From: Bacteroidota bacterium
GTDB taxonomy: Bacteria > Bacteroidota > Ignavibacteria > Kapaibacteriales > UBA961
Reading direction: 5' to 3'
NCBI GenBank assembly: GCA_041191145.1
Contig: JBEEPK010000003.1
Location: 9,651 to 73,650, forward strand
Length of the DNA stretch: 64,000 nucleotides
The notes under the pieces were generated by a model. It did no database searches and was not told where the DNA came from. It was given only the letters and a program-made list of their open reading frames with translations. Below, piece by piece: positions 18,551-28,352 of this stretch; positions within the stretch are counted from its first letter, which is position 1, and each line of letters begins with the position of its first letter. The position numbers were made by a program, and so were the translations under genes.

Positions 18551-21500
18551 ATGAAAAAACATCCACTCCTGAATCATCTCACAAAGAAAAAACTTATTCA
18601 ACAATTGATATCAGATGTTGAGTCCCATGATGTTTCAACTTCTTTCTTATTGACCGAGACTAGTTCAGCATTTAAACATGTTCTCATATCTTTGCTTAGA
18701 GGACAGTTACAGAATAAGTTCATTTGCTTCACTTCCACTCCTGAAAAAGCATCAGAATTATATTTTGATTTATCTTCGATGATAGATGAAGATAAGCTAC
18801 ACTTATTGGCATTGCCTGAACATCATCTTCATCTTCTTCATGAAGATATTGATCCAGAAGTATTAAGAACAGTAGATACATTACTCGCATTCAATAAAAG
18901 TGAATCTGGAATATTAATTCTTCCCGTACATTTACTCGCATTGCAATATCCTGCTCCAAAAACTTTGGAAGAGCATAGCATTTCAATTCAAAGAGGGAAA
19001 TCAGTTCCATTCAAGCATTTCACGAATTCTTTGATGTTTCAAGGATTTGAAAGAAAAGATTATGTTTCACAACAAGGAGAAATATCCATTCGAGGTGGAA
19101 TCGTAGATATTTTTCCTTTGGGACATGATGTACCAATTCGAATTGAGTTTTGGGGTGATGAAATTGAATCACTCAGAGAATATGAACCACAATCACAAAG
19201 AAGCATCAAAGAGTTAGAGTCATATGATTTTATTGGTGTATTATATCATGAAAAAGATGAACAATTTACTTCAACTATTTTTGATCACATAGAACATCAA
19301 TCAGTACTAATGTTCTTTGATGATGAAGTTATTCTGCAATCAATCGCAAGTGAACATGCAAAACAGATTCAGAAATATAAAAGAGTTGTTTTTTCTGAGA
19401 AAAATGGTTTGTATTCAGAGCTTTCATCCAAAGAACAACCAAATTACTCTGCATCTGTTCAAATGTGTGCAAAATCCGTTATTGAATCCATTGTCGATGG
19501 CTATACCGTATTTCTCTGTGCAGATGGCCAGGCACATATTCAACGATTTAAAGACTTGTTTTTATTATCCCTTGAACAAGATGAAGTAGTAGAAGACTTA
19601 ATCCCTGAAAAGATTTCGGAAGAAGAAGTATTACGAAACATCAAATGGATTGATTCGACATTGTCAACCGGATTCATATGTCATGAATTACGATTTGCAG
19701 TCATAACTGAACATCAATTATTTGAGAGAAAACATTTCCAAAAATCTGGTAATGTAAAGCGCTTTTCCGGAATATCACTCAAAGACTTGCAACAAATGCA
19801 TATTGGAGATTATGTAGTTCATGTTGACAAAGGAATTGGACAATATGATGGACTTGTCACGATTACAATCAATCAGCAACAACAAGAATGTGTGAGATTG
19901 CTTTATCATGGAACTGATGTTCTTTTTGTTCACCTGAATAATATTCACAAGATTCAAAAGTATTCAGCACAAGAGGCTTCAAAACCTACACTCAGTAGAT
20001 TGGGTTCGAGTGAATGGGAGAAGAAGAAGCAGAAAACCAAGAAGCGTATAAAGGACATAGCTCGAGAGCTGATAAAACTGTATGCTATGCGTAAGTCTGA
20101 GCCTGGCTTTCAGTTTCCGATCGATACGCATTGGCAGAAAGAATTTGAAGCATCCTTCATGTATGAAGATACAGTAGATCAAGCAAAAGCAACTGAAGAT
20201 GTAAAAAAAGATATGGAAAGCACAATACCAATGGACCGTCTTGTTTGCGGCGATGTTGGATTCGGAAAGACTGAAGTTGCAATCAGAGCTGCTTTCAAAG
20301 CAGTTCAAGCTGGTAAGCAAGTTGCTGTTCTTGTACCCACAACAATTCTTGCACATCAACATTTTCATGTAAAAGTGGAAGTAATAAGTAGATTCCGTCA
20401 ACAATCTGATCAGAAGAACATTGTAGATGACATAACTTCCGGGAAAATTGACATTTTGATTGGAACGCATAGAATATTGAGCAAAGACATACAATTCAAG
20501 GATTTGGGATTGCTCATCATTGATGAAGAACAGCGTTTTGGTGTTGGAGCAAAAGAAAAACTCAGAAATCTCAGAATTTCTGTTGACACTTTGACTTTGA
20601 CAGCCACTCCAATCCCAAGAACGCTCAATTTTTCATTGATGGGAGCCAGAGATTTAAGTGTCATTGAAACTCCTCCAAGAAATAGACTTCCAGTCAATAC
20701 AGTCATTCATGAGTGGGATGATACACTTTTGCATGAATCAATCTCCAGAGAAATCGGGCGTGGTGGGCAAATCTATGTGGTAAATGATAATATCAAGGAT
20801 TTGGATGCCATTCATCAGAAACTCCTAAATATTTTTCCATCCATTCGATGTGCAAAAGCTCATGGTCAAATGGAATCTGATCAGCTTGAAAAAGTCATGG
20901 AAGCTTTTTTGGAGAAAAAAATAGATTGTCTCCTCAGCACAAAAATTGTTGAGTCCGGACTAGATATTCCAAATGCAAATACCATCATCATCAATCATTC
21001 TGATAATTTCGGTTTGGCTGAATTATATCAATTACGAGGTAGAGTTGGTAGATCAAATACACAGGCATATTGTCATTTGATCATACCTCCGATACAGACA
21101 ATTACCCCACAAGCAGTAAGAAGATTACAGGCATTGGAGGAGTTTACCGAACTTGGCAGTGGTTTTCACCTGGCAATGCGTGATCTTGAAATCAGAGGCG
21201 CAGGGAATTTACTTGGTGCTGAACAAAGCGGTTTTATTGCTGATATGGGACTTGAATTATATCAATCAATTCTTGAGGAAGCAGTTTCTGAATTGAAAGA
21301 AGATGAATTCTCAGACCTCTTCAAGGAATATGTAAGCGATAAAAAGATCAAAAAAGTGAATTTGGACATCGCTATTGACATATCTAGCGATGCCTTGATA
21401 CCAGCCGGATATATCTCTCATGATGGCGAAAGATTCGAATATTATAGGAGATTATATAATGTTCGAAGTGAATCGGAATTATTAAAAATTATTTCTGAGA

Positions 21501-21817
21501 TCATTGATAGATATGGTCCATTACCTGAAGTGGCAGAAAACCTTATTTTTGCAATACGATTACGCGTCATCGCCTTATCATTTGGTTTTAGTAGACTTGT
21601 CTTTAAAAACAATGTTCTGGCAATTGAATTTCCACCTGACAATAACTCGGCGTTTTATTATACGATATTCCCGGGTATTCTTGACGCAGTAGCAACTGGT
21701 GAATATGGTTCTCTGATCAACCAGGACAATAAAGTGTTCTTACATATTCCTTGCGATTCAAGAGATACATCATTACATATACTTTCCACATTACAACGAT
21801 TCATGATACCCGGATAG
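18551..21817 (+). CDS. mfd: Transcription-repair coupling factor (apparent 10-aa deletion after motif Ia)
   Basis: UvrB-like RGGIVDIF, CarD-like GDYVVHVDKGIG, CGDVGFGKTEVA, DEEQRFG, TATPIPRT, QLRGRVGR, C-terminal TRCF domain; start moved to MKKHP. Confidence 0.95.
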   Translation: MKKHPLLNHLTKKKLIQQLISDVESHDVSTSFLLTETSSAFKHVLISLLRGQLQNKFICFTSTPEKASELYFDLSSMIDEDKLHLLALPEHHLHLLHEDIDPEVLRTVDTLLAFNKSESGILILPVHLLALQYPAPKTLEEHSISIQRGKSVPFKHFTNSLMFQGFERKDYVSQQGEISIRGGIVDIFPLGHDVPIRIEFWGDEIESLREYEPQSQRSIKELESYDFIGVLYHEKDEQFTSTIFDHIEHQSVLMFFDDEVILQSIASEHAKQIQKYKRVVFSEKNGLYSELSSKEQPNYSASVQMCAKSVIESIVDGYTVFLCADGQAHIQRFKDLFLLSLEQDEVVEDLIPEKISEEEVLRNIKWIDSTLSTGFICHELRFAVITEHQLFERKHFQKSGNVKRFSGISLKDLQQMHIGDYVVHVDKGIGQYDGLVTITINQQQQECVRLLYHGTDVLFVHLNNIHKIQKYSAQEASKPTLSRLGSSEWEKKKQKTKKRIKDIARELIKLYAMRKSEPGFQFPIDTHWQKEFEASFMYEDTVDQAKATEDVKKDMESTIPMDRLVCGDVGFGKTEVAIRAAFKAVQAGKQVAVLVPTTILAHQHFHVKVEVISRFRQQSDQKNIVDDITSGKIDILIGTHRILSKDIQFKDLGLLIIDEEQRFGVGAKEKLRNLRISVDTLTLTATPIPRTLNFSLMGARDLSVIETPPRNRLPVNTVIHEWDDTLLHESISREIGRGGQIYVVNDNIKDLDAIHQKLLNIFPSIRCAKAHGQMESDQLEKVMEAFLEKKIDCLLSTKIVESGLDIPNANTIIINHSDNFGLAELYQLRGRVGRSNTQAYCHLIIPPIQTITPQAVRRLQALEEFTELGSGFHLAMRDLEIRGAGNLLGAEQSGFIADMGLELYQSILEEAVSELKEDEFSDLFKEYVSDKKIKKVNLDIAIDISSDALIPAGYISHDGERFEYYRRLYNVRSESELLKIISEIIDRYGPLPEVAENLIFAIRLRVIALSFGFSRLVFKNNVLAIEFPPDNNSAFYYTIFPGILDAVATGEYGSLINQDNKVFLHIPCDSRDTSLHILSTLQRFMIPG

Positions 21818-21821
21818 ATAG

Positions 21822-22568
21822 ATGAATGCCATTTGCATCATACCGGCACGATTACAATCAACGAGATTGCCTGAAAAATTACTCATGTCCTTGGGTGATT
21901 TTTCCATAGTTGAACATGTCTATAGAAATTGTGTGAGAGCAAATGTATTCACCAAAGTATTGATTGCTGTTGATGATCATCAAATGTTTGAACACTGTGC
22001 TGCATTTTGTGATGATGTTATTATGACAAGAAAAGGCCATCAATCCGGTACGGATAGAATATATGAGGCATATCAACAATCGGGAATAAGAGCCGATTAT
22101 ATAGTCAATGTACAAGCTGATGAACCATTCTTGAATAGCGAACACATTGCAATATTGGTACAATCTCATTCAATTACGGAATGCGATGTCATGACAGCCA
22201 TGACAAAGATTGATAATATGGAAGAATTATTTTCACCATCATGTGTGAAAATTGTACTTGGACAACATAATCGAGCACTCTATTTTTCTCGATCACCAAT
22301 ACCATTCTTGCGTGATATTCCAAAAGATGAATGGATTCAGCATCATGATTTCATGAAGCATATTGGAGTGTATTCATATACTGAATCTAGTTTGCAGGCA
22401 TTTGTCAACACTTCTCCAAGCAGACTTGAAATAACAGAAAAGTTGGAACAGTTGAGATTATTAGAGCAAGGCCACTCATATACTTGCATTGAGTTGAATT
22501 ATGATGGTTTTGGCATAGATACCATTGAAGATTATCAAAAAGCCATTGAAAGAATTACTCGTGAATGA
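21822..22568 (+). CDS. kdsB: 3-deoxy-manno-octulosonate cytidylyltransferase
   Basis: IPARLQSTRLP.K, SGTDR, NVQADEP, YFSRSPIP, HIGVY, EKLEQLR. Confidence 0.95.
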   Translation: MNAICIIPARLQSTRLPEKLLMSLGDFSIVEHVYRNCVRANVFTKVLIAVDDHQMFEHCAAFCDDVIMTRKGHQSGTDRIYEAYQQSGIRADYIVNVQADEPFLNSEHIAILVQSHSITECDVMTAMTKIDNMEELFSPSCVKIVLGQHNRALYFSRSPIPFLRDIPKDEWIQHHDFMKHIGVYSYTESSLQAFVNTSPSRLEITEKLEQLRLLEQGHSYTCIELNYDGFGIDTIEDYQKAIERITRE

Positions 22569-22569
22569 A

Positions 22570-23247
22570 ATGCAATCACATATGATCATTGCAATTGACG
22601 GTCCAGCAGGATCCGGAAAATCTACAACAGCTAGACTTGTCGCAAAGAAACTTGGATTCATCTATGTGGATACAGGTGCGATGTATAGAGCAGTTACATT
22701 ATCTTGGCTTACACAAGAAAAACCAAATATTGATGAATTCATCAAAAATCTTCCTTCAATATCTCTTGGAATAAATGCACAAACGAATGAACAACAGACA
22801 TTCCTCAATGGAATCGATGTTTCAAAAGAAATTCGTGGCCGTGAGGTTACTGACAATGTGAGCTATATAAGCTCAATAAAAACTGTTCGAGAAAAGATGG
22901 TCGAAATGCAAAGGAACATTGGAAATGCACAAAGTGTTGTCATGGATGGTCGTGATATTGGAACAGCTGTATTTCCAAAAGCTCACTTGAAAATCTTTAT
23001 GGTGGCTGATATTCGAGAAAGAGCAGTACGTAGATGGCAGGAAATGAAAATTCAATCAATGTTTCCACTTCCCAAAGTGGAAGATTTAATGGTAATGATG
23101 AAACAAAGAGATGAATATGATTCAAGCCGTGAGATTGATCCTTTGAGACAAGCCGATGATGCCATACTCTTGGATACTTCAAATCTCACGATTGAAGATC
23201 AAGCACAGAAAATCATCGAATTAGCCAATAGTATTCACAACAATTGA
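22570..23247 (+). CDS. cmk: Cytidylate kinase
   Basis: IAIDGPAGSGKST, DTGAMYRA, MDGRDIGT.VFP, RD..DS.R..DPL. Confidence 0.96.
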   Translation: MQSHMIIAIDGPAGSGKSTTARLVAKKLGFIYVDTGAMYRAVTLSWLTQEKPNIDEFIKNLPSISLGINAQTNEQQTFLNGIDVSKEIRGREVTDNVSYISSIKTVREKMVEMQRNIGNAQSVVMDGRDIGTAVFPKAHLKIFMVADIRERAVRRWQEMKIQSMFPLPKVEDLMVMMKQRDEYDSSREIDPLRQADDAILLDTSNLTIEDQAQKIIELANSIHNN

Positions 23248-23259
23248 ATTGGTATCGAA

Positions 23260-24180
23260 ATGAACATAACAATAGATAATCACTCAGGATTTTGTTGGGG
23301 CGTGGTACGAACAGTGGTCATAGCCGAAGAATCCCTTGAGCAATTTGACAAAGTCTATGTATTGGGACATATCATTCATAATCCCAAAGAGATACAAAGG
23401 CTTGAAAGTAAAGGACTAGAGACTATATCTGCTGAAGATTTTCCGAGAATTGCAGAAGAAGCAAAAACACTGGGAAAATTACCCAAAGTATTGATTCGCG
23501 CACATGGGGAACCGCCGGAAACATATAGAAAAGCTCTCGAATTGGGTATTGAAATCATTGATGCTACTTGTCCTGTTGTTACTAAACTTCAGGAAAGAGT
23601 CCGCAAATTTTATGATCAAGGATACCAAATAGTGATTTTCGGAAAGAAAGATCATGCAGAAGTGCTTGGTGTTCGTGGTGTTTGCAATGATCAATGTATT
23701 GTTGTTTTAACCGTTGAAGATGCGTTATCAAGTGTCAATCTTGATTCAAAGACAGTGCTTTTCTCTCAGACAACCATGGATCGCCCAACTTTTGTCTTGA
23801 TAAAAGAAGCACTACAAGCCCAGATCAAAGACCTGATTGTAGATACAATGGAAGGTATTGCCACTGAATTTCATGCAAAAGACACAATTTGCGGTCAGGT
23901 ATCAGGCCGTGAAGATATGTTAAGAAAGTACGCCTCTGACCATGACTGCATCTTATTTGTAGCCGGTAAAGCAAGTTCCAATGGTAAAGTTCTTTATGAT
24001 GTTTGTAAAGAAGTTAATCCCAGAACATATTTCATTGAAGATATATCGGAAATTCAATCAGATTGGTTCAATGGCATGAATTCCATTGGAATTACAGGTG
24101 CCACTTCCACTCCACAATGGTATATGAACCATGTTAAGGAACATCTTAGTAAATTCGCAGGTCATATTTCTTCCAATTAA
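23260..24180 (+). CDS. ispH: 4-hydroxy-3-methylbut-2-enyl diphosphate reductase
   Basis: GFCWGV, IIHN, RAHG, DATCP.V, SQTT, DTIC, SSN, GATSTP. Confidence 0.95.
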   Translation: MNITIDNHSGFCWGVVRTVVIAEESLEQFDKVYVLGHIIHNPKEIQRLESKGLETISAEDFPRIAEEAKTLGKLPKVLIRAHGEPPETYRKALELGIEIIDATCPVVTKLQERVRKFYDQGYQIVIFGKKDHAEVLGVRGVCNDQCIVVLTVEDALSSVNLDSKTVLFSQTTMDRPTFVLIKEALQAQIKDLIVDTMEGIATEFHAKDTICGQVSGREDMLRKYASDHDCILFVAGKASSNGKVLYDVCKEVNPRTYFIEDISEIQSDWFNGMNSIGITGATSTPQWYMNHVKEHLSKFAGHISSN

Positions 24181-24191
24181 TCAAAATTGAC

Positions 24192-24407
24192 ATGACAATC
24201 ATTTATTTGCTTTTAATTGCAATAGGTGTGTTTTTATACACAATCTCTGCTATTGTAATCAGTCAAGAGGCGTCTTTGTTCATTGCCGAATCAACAGGTA
24301 GTGCTACGATGGGAACTCTCACCTCCGTAATTACGGGAATCGTTCTCATAGTGGGTGTTGGTTATCTTGCCGTTCGTTTTGTTATTGCTCGTTTTACTAA
24401 ACTGTAA
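24192..24407 (+). CDS. Small two-TM membrane protein, hypothetical
   Basis: Fills the gap between ispH and bshB1 in the same orientation; two hydrophobic helices. Confidence 0.6.
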   Translation: MTIIYLLLIAIGVFLYTISAIVISQEASLFIAESTGSATMGTLTSVITGIVLIVGVGYLAVRFVIARFTKL

Positions 24408-24409
24408 TC

Positions 24410-25141
24410 ATGGACATTCTTCCTGCAGACATCATTGTATTTGCCGCTCATCCAGATGATGCTGAACTTGGTTGTGGTGGAACGATCAAAGATTTGACAC
24501 TAAAAGGATTTTCCGTGACGCTCATAGATGCCACAAAAGGTGAATTGGGTTCTCGTGGAGATATCGAACAAAGAAAAAGAGAAGCAGCAGCTGCAGATAT
24601 AGTACTCGGTAATCAGCAGAGAATTAATCTAGGATTTGAAGACGGAAATCTTCATCCTACTAGAGAATATTGCGATATCGTTGCCACATATATTCGATTA
24701 ATCAAACCTAAGATGGTTATTTTTCCTCCAAGGTTCGAGAGACATCCAGATCATGAAGGAATGCATGAGATTGTAAGAAATGCATATTTCATGGCCGGTT
24801 TGCATAAAAAGACATTGTTTCACGAGGGTACTTCAACCAATCCTTGGCGTCCAAATACCATATTCTCCTATATACAAGCCTATCATCAAGAACCTGATTT
24901 CATCATTGATGTCTCACATACTTTTCAGGCAAAGATCCAAGCAGTTCAATGTTATGAAAGTCAGGTCTTTGTTCCCGGTAAACACATGGAAGGTCCTGAA
25001 ACATTTATATCGGGTTCCGGCTTCATGGATGCTGTTCATGCAAGAGCGCGTTATTTTGGTTCTATGATCCAATCTGAATATGGTGAAGGATTTCTAGCCA
25101 TTGAGCCACTAGGTTTATCCTCAATCAGTGCATTGTTGTGA
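24410..25141 (+). CDS. bshB1: PIG-L family deacetylase, bacillithiol BshB1-like
   Basis: AHPDDAELGCGGT, T.GELGSRG, HPDH, PDFI.DVS, GEGF. Confidence 0.82.
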   Translation: MDILPADIIVFAAHPDDAELGCGGTIKDLTLKGFSVTLIDATKGELGSRGDIEQRKREAAAADIVLGNQQRINLGFEDGNLHPTREYCDIVATYIRLIKPKMVIFPPRFERHPDHEGMHEIVRNAYFMAGLHKKTLFHEGTSTNPWRPNTIFSYIQAYHQEPDFIIDVSHTFQAKIQAVQCYESQVFVPGKHMEGPETFISGSGFMDAVHARARYFGSMIQSEYGEGFLAIEPLGLSSISALL

Positions 25142-27036
25142 AAACATGTCTTCTCATCTTTTGTGTAATGATTTCTTCGGTGCAATCCTATGCACAAACT
25201 GTTGATTCCAATCGAGCAAAGGATTCAATTCAACATTCTATGTATGAGCATGTTCATGCTCCCATTCTATCAAATCCTCATGATTCAATAACGAAATATC
25301 AATTCCATCATCATAATTATCAAGGACTTGGTGAATTGGTTGGCTCATTGCGAGGTAGTGTTTTACAACAATTGGGTGACCCACTTACGTATTCAACTAT
25401 CAGTGTTTTTAACTCATTTGCGCATCATCTCAATGTATCATTGAATGGAATTTCTTTGAATGATCATCTGTCAAATGCAGGAAATTTATATTCAATTCAT
25501 CCTGAAGCAGTTCATAAAGCTCAAATGTATATTGGATCAGATGCAGCAATCATTGGGGGGAGTGCAGGTCCATATATATACCTTCAAGAAAACATGTATT
25601 CCACATCTAAGCCATTTTCAAAGCTTTGGTATATTCAAGGTGGATATGATCTGATCGGTACAGAAGGTTTGCTCACGCAGAATATCGACACCAATTTGAA
25701 TATTCATGGAAGTTTCAGAAGACTTTCTTCAGGTGGAATGCTTCAAAATGCCGGAAGTGAATCGTGGAATACAAGATTGGGTATTCGTTATGCGCCAACG
25801 AATAAAATTCATTATTCAATGCAATGGCTGTTTGGGAATCATGGTTCATATCATAATGGAGGAGTGATTGGTGAATATCAAAATCCAATTAATGCAAATG
25901 TTATGTATGATAATTATTTTCAGCGAAGATATTCTCATCATGTACAGTTCAATATGACTGCCCATACTTTGGTAAACACTAATGATGTATTACTTTTCAA
26001 TGCATTCTACCAAAATGAGCTTCTTGAAACACGGGGTATAAATCCATATATCATTCGTGATAGTACGCGACTAGAATTCTCTCCGTCAACTCGATTTGGT
26101 ATGCATATCAGGCATGAAATCCCTGATGTGTTTCCGGGTTTTTCATTCATGAATGAAATTGGATTCAATTATGGAAACTATACTTTATTCAATCGATTTA
26201 AAGATAGTGACTATATGCTCCATGCATATTCATATGCAAAGTATGATTTGACACCTGATAATGTTTTGAGATTTGGTATCCGAATGGTTCATTCAACCGG
26301 TGGTAATTATATAAATCCAGGCATTTCATTTACTACTCAACTTGCTCCATCTGTTTCAATGAAATTTGATATTTCTCAGACTTCAATTGTACCTTCAATC
26401 ATGCAAAGGTCATTGTTTATGCTTGGTACTTTGGAACAGCATCAATTGATGTTTGCATCTCTTAATTATGCAGTAGATTCCTTTTCAATGAGCTTTCAAC
26501 CATTTTACCGCATGATTCAGAATCCACATCTACAGTCAATTGTATATGATACATCGCAAGGACTACCTAGATTTTCTTCATTACAACCGATGTCTGAACC
26601 AGACATGTCTTCATTCGGTGTACATGTTCGCAATCGCTGGAATAGTGGACCATTTCTCATTGATGCGAGTGTTCAATATACTCAGAACAGTGATATATAT
26701 AGACCTACACCAAGAATCCAAGCGCGTATACAAGCAGAGTATTCATTAATCTTTGGTGCAAGTACTGTTACATTTGGTTGTACTGCAAGAATGATTGAGC
26801 ATTCCACAACAATGAGATTTATTCCATATATCAGTACTTTTGCACATGATTCGATGCAATCAATGAATGATGTTTCATGGAATGGGTTAGATGTACATGT
26901 ATCTGCAATACTTGGAAATGCTCGCATTAGAGCATCGGTCATGAATCTTTTATCAGCAAAGTTGATGGATGTCTCTGGTTATCCAATACAAGACAATATC
27001 ATCAGGTTATCACTCAATTGGTCATTTTTTGATTAA
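25138..27036 (+). CDS. Outer-membrane beta-barrel (putative porin / TonB-dependent-receptor-like with plug-like N-terminus)
   Basis: Signal peptide, plug-like LNG..LND segment, amphipathic strands, terminal LNWSFFD. Confidence 0.65.
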   Translation: MKTCLLIFCVMISSVQSYAQTVDSNRAKDSIQHSMYEHVHAPILSNPHDSITKYQFHHHNYQGLGELVGSLRGSVLQQLGDPLTYSTISVFNSFAHHLNVSLNGISLNDHLSNAGNLYSIHPEAVHKAQMYIGSDAAIIGGSAGPYIYLQENMYSTSKPFSKLWYIQGGYDLIGTEGLLTQNIDTNLNIHGSFRRLSSGGMLQNAGSESWNTRLGIRYAPTNKIHYSMQWLFGNHGSYHNGGVIGEYQNPINANVMYDNYFQRRYSHHVQFNMTAHTLVNTNDVLLFNAFYQNELLETRGINPYIIRDSTRLEFSPSTRFGMHIRHEIPDVFPGFSFMNEIGFNYGNYTLFNRFKDSDYMLHAYSYAKYDLTPDNVLRFGIRMVHSTGGNYINPGISFTTQLAPSVSMKFDISQTSIVPSIMQRSLFMLGTLEQHQLMFASLNYAVDSFSMSFQPFYRMIQNPHLQSIVYDTSQGLPRFSSLQPMSEPDMSSFGVHVRNRWNSGPFLIDASVQYTQNSDIYRPTPRIQARIQAEYSLIFGASTVTFGCTARMIEHSTTMRFIPYISTFAHDSMQSMNDVSWNGLDVHVSAILGNARIRASVMNLLSAKLMDVSGYPIQDNIIRLSLNWSFFD

Positions 27037-27042
27037 TATATC

Positions 27043-27732
27043 ATGAGCAAACAAGTTCAACAAATGTTCGCATCTATAGCACCGGCTTATGATCGAACTA
27101 ATTCAGTATTATCACTCGGCATTCATCATATTTGGCGCAAAAAGACAGTGCAAGTCTCAGGTGCAAAAGCTGGAATGGCGGTTTTGGACTGTGCAACAGG
27201 AACAGGCGATCTTGCTCTTGAATTCAAGAAAACAGTTGGTCCTGCAGGCCAGGTGATTGGTACGGACTTTTGTCCTGAAATGATGGAAACAGCACCAGCA
27301 AAATCTGAGGCAAGAAAATTACCTGTGGATTTTGAAGTTGCAGATGCAATGAATCTCCCATATCCTGATCATACATTTGATATTTCGAGTATTTCATTTG
27401 GTATCAGGAATGTTGATGACCCTTCCATTGCTTTAAAAGAAATGGCAAGAGTTGTAAGACCTGGAGGGAAGGTGATGATTCTGGAATTTGGTCAACCAAA
27501 AGGCTTCATGGGTGTTATATATGATTGGTATTCCCGACATATCATTCCATTTATAGGTGGTTTGCTCACCGGAAATAAAGAAGCATACCAATATTTGCCA
27601 AGAACTGCCTCACAGTTTCCTTGTCGTGAAGAGTTTCTTACTCTTATGAGGAATACAGAAATGTATAGTGAAGCATCATATCAAGAATTGACATTTGGTA
27701 TAGCATTCTTGTATAAAGGAGTTGTACGATGA
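27043..27732 (+). CDS. menG: Demethylmenaquinone/ubiquinone methyltransferase
   Basis: MF..IA..YD..N..LS.G.H..WR, LDCATGTGD, SFGIRNV, E..RV.RPGG, Y.YL..T. Confidence 0.92.
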   Translation: MSKQVQQMFASIAPAYDRTNSVLSLGIHHIWRKKTVQVSGAKAGMAVLDCATGTGDLALEFKKTVGPAGQVIGTDFCPEMMETAPAKSEARKLPVDFEVADAMNLPYPDHTFDISSISFGIRNVDDPSIALKEMARVVRPGGKVMILEFGQPKGFMGVIYDWYSRHIIPFIGGLLTGNKEAYQYLPRTASQFPCREEFLTLMRNTEMYSEASYQELTFGIAFLYKGVVR

Positions 27733-28163
27733 AATTCATCATGCTTATCATCTTGGCATTTGGAATATATTCATGTTCAGAAGAAAAGACTTATCTCGGA
27801 AAAGAACCGGTATATATGGGTGAGCCATTAACGGTAAAGGAATTACTAGGCAAAAAACTTTTGAACTCTACTGTTCAAGTTTCAGGCAAGATATATAATG
27901 TATGCAAGACAGAAGGATGTTGGTTTGTGATGAAGCAGGATCAAACCTCATTACGATGTACATTCGAAAGTCCTACAATATTCATGGATACCGTAAATCT
28001 TCATACAATAATGAAAGTAGAGGGAAAGCTGAGAGAAGAAATCATTGATGGTGAAACATCGGTAATGTATGCAGAACAAGCAGGCGAAGAAAAACCAATC
28101 ATGGAAGGAAACAAAAAAAGAGTTCCTGTTTTTGTAGTATCAACAATATTACTTAAACAATGA
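27729..28163 (+). CDS. DUF4920-like lipoprotein
   Basis: Lipobox IYSC; V.V.G....VC...GCW motif. Confidence 0.72.
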   Translation: MKFIMLIILAFGIYSCSEEKTYLGKEPVYMGEPLTVKELLGKKLLNSTVQVSGKIYNVCKTEGCWFVMKQDQTSLRCTFESPTIFMDTVNLHTIMKVEGKLREEIIDGETSVMYAEQAGEEKPIMEGNKKRVPVFVVSTILLKQ

Positions 28164-28351
28164 AGTATAAAAGATTTAAACTCGTAGTAATTAGCTTGTT
28201 TGCTGTATTCCTCTTGCAATCATGTGAAAGATTGAAGAAGAAAATGGAGAATAGGGAAAGAAGGCTGCAATACTTTCAACATACAATTGATTCAGCAAGA
28301 AAAGAACATGGGAAGAATCAAGACAGTATTAGAAAGCATTTCAAACCGTGA
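28160..28351 (+). CDS. Small hypothetical lipoprotein
   Basis: Basic N-terminus, hydrophobic core, lipobox LQSC; ATGA overlap with the upstream gene. Confidence 0.6.
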   Translation: MKYKRFKLVVISLFAVFLLQSCERLKKKMENRERRLQYFQHTIDSARKEHGKNQDSIRKHFKP

Positions 28352-28352
28352 A

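Noticed and set aside
19979-20494. 171-aa antisense ORF inside mfd, spanning the deletion site
   Set aside because: Composition is that expected from the reverse complement of mfd codons; no independent evidence
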